From Candidatus Bathyarchaeota archaeon (lineage in GTDB: Archaea > Thermoproteota > Bathyarchaeia > TCS64), in NCBI GenBank assembly GCA_963769425.1, contig CAVYLP010000006.1, positions 416,001-480,000 on the forward strand: DNA of 64,000 nucleotides, read 5' to 3'. Position numbers and translations under genes: made by a program. Below the pieces are notes generated by a model, which worked only from the letters and a program-made list of their open reading frames with translations, had not been told where the DNA came from and searched no databases. Positions 63,785-64,000 of this stretch are shown in pieces (the stretch's first letter is position 1; every line of letters starts with the position of its first letter).

Positions 63785-64000
63785 TTGAACGCCAGGAACT
63801 TCAGGAACCCGGACCGCATGGCTTACACGCGGCGCAAGTTCATGGGCGGCATCCCCGGAAGCAAGATAGTAAAGTTCACCATGGGCAACACGGGCAAGAA
63901 GTTCCCGATGAGGGTTGAGCTCATAAACCTCGAGCACGGACAGATCAGGAACAACAGCCTAGAATCCGCCCGCATCGCGGCCAACAGACAGTTGGAGCTC
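63785..64000 (+). CDS. rpl10e: 50S ribosomal protein uL16 (L10e), 3' truncated by window
   Basis: TTG start; AYTRRKFMGGIPGSKIVKFTMGN...QIRNNSLESARIAANR. Not in the ORF track. Confidence 0.93.
   Translation, partial: MNARNFRNPDRMAYTRRKFMGGIPGSKIVKFTMGNTGKKFPMRVELINLEHGQIRNNSLESARIAANRQLEL

Overview
Archaeal chromosomal window of high GC. FEN-1, SRP54, eL21, Rpo4, DUF655 and uL16/L10e establish an archaeon; gene content suggests Bathyarchaeia/TACK (inference). It is dominated by anaerobic peptide, amino-acid and aldehyde catabolism: four tungsten AOR-family oxidoreductases, a 2-oxoacid:ferredoxin oxidoreductase with fused alpha-beta subunit, an ADP-forming acyl-CoA synthetase, peptidases and amidohydrolases. 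No rRNA, tRNA, cas gene or transposase was recognised. Main candidates for novelty: (1) a lower-GC four-gene membrane operon (7300-10349) that appears to be a duplicated two-gene module with opposite membrane topology, a candidate undescribed transporter; (2) a GLIC/ELIC-like pentameric ligand-gated ion channel gene broken by frameshifts (19896-20818); (3) a cluster of 42-bp palindromic repeats (21466-21657); (4) AOR paralogs with atypical active-site or Fe-S motifs; (5) a HerA-like ATPase with deviant Walker motifs. About a dozen genes carry single-base frameshifts, mostly +1 insertions, probably sequencing or assembly errors. All family calls come from reading motifs by eye; no searches were run.
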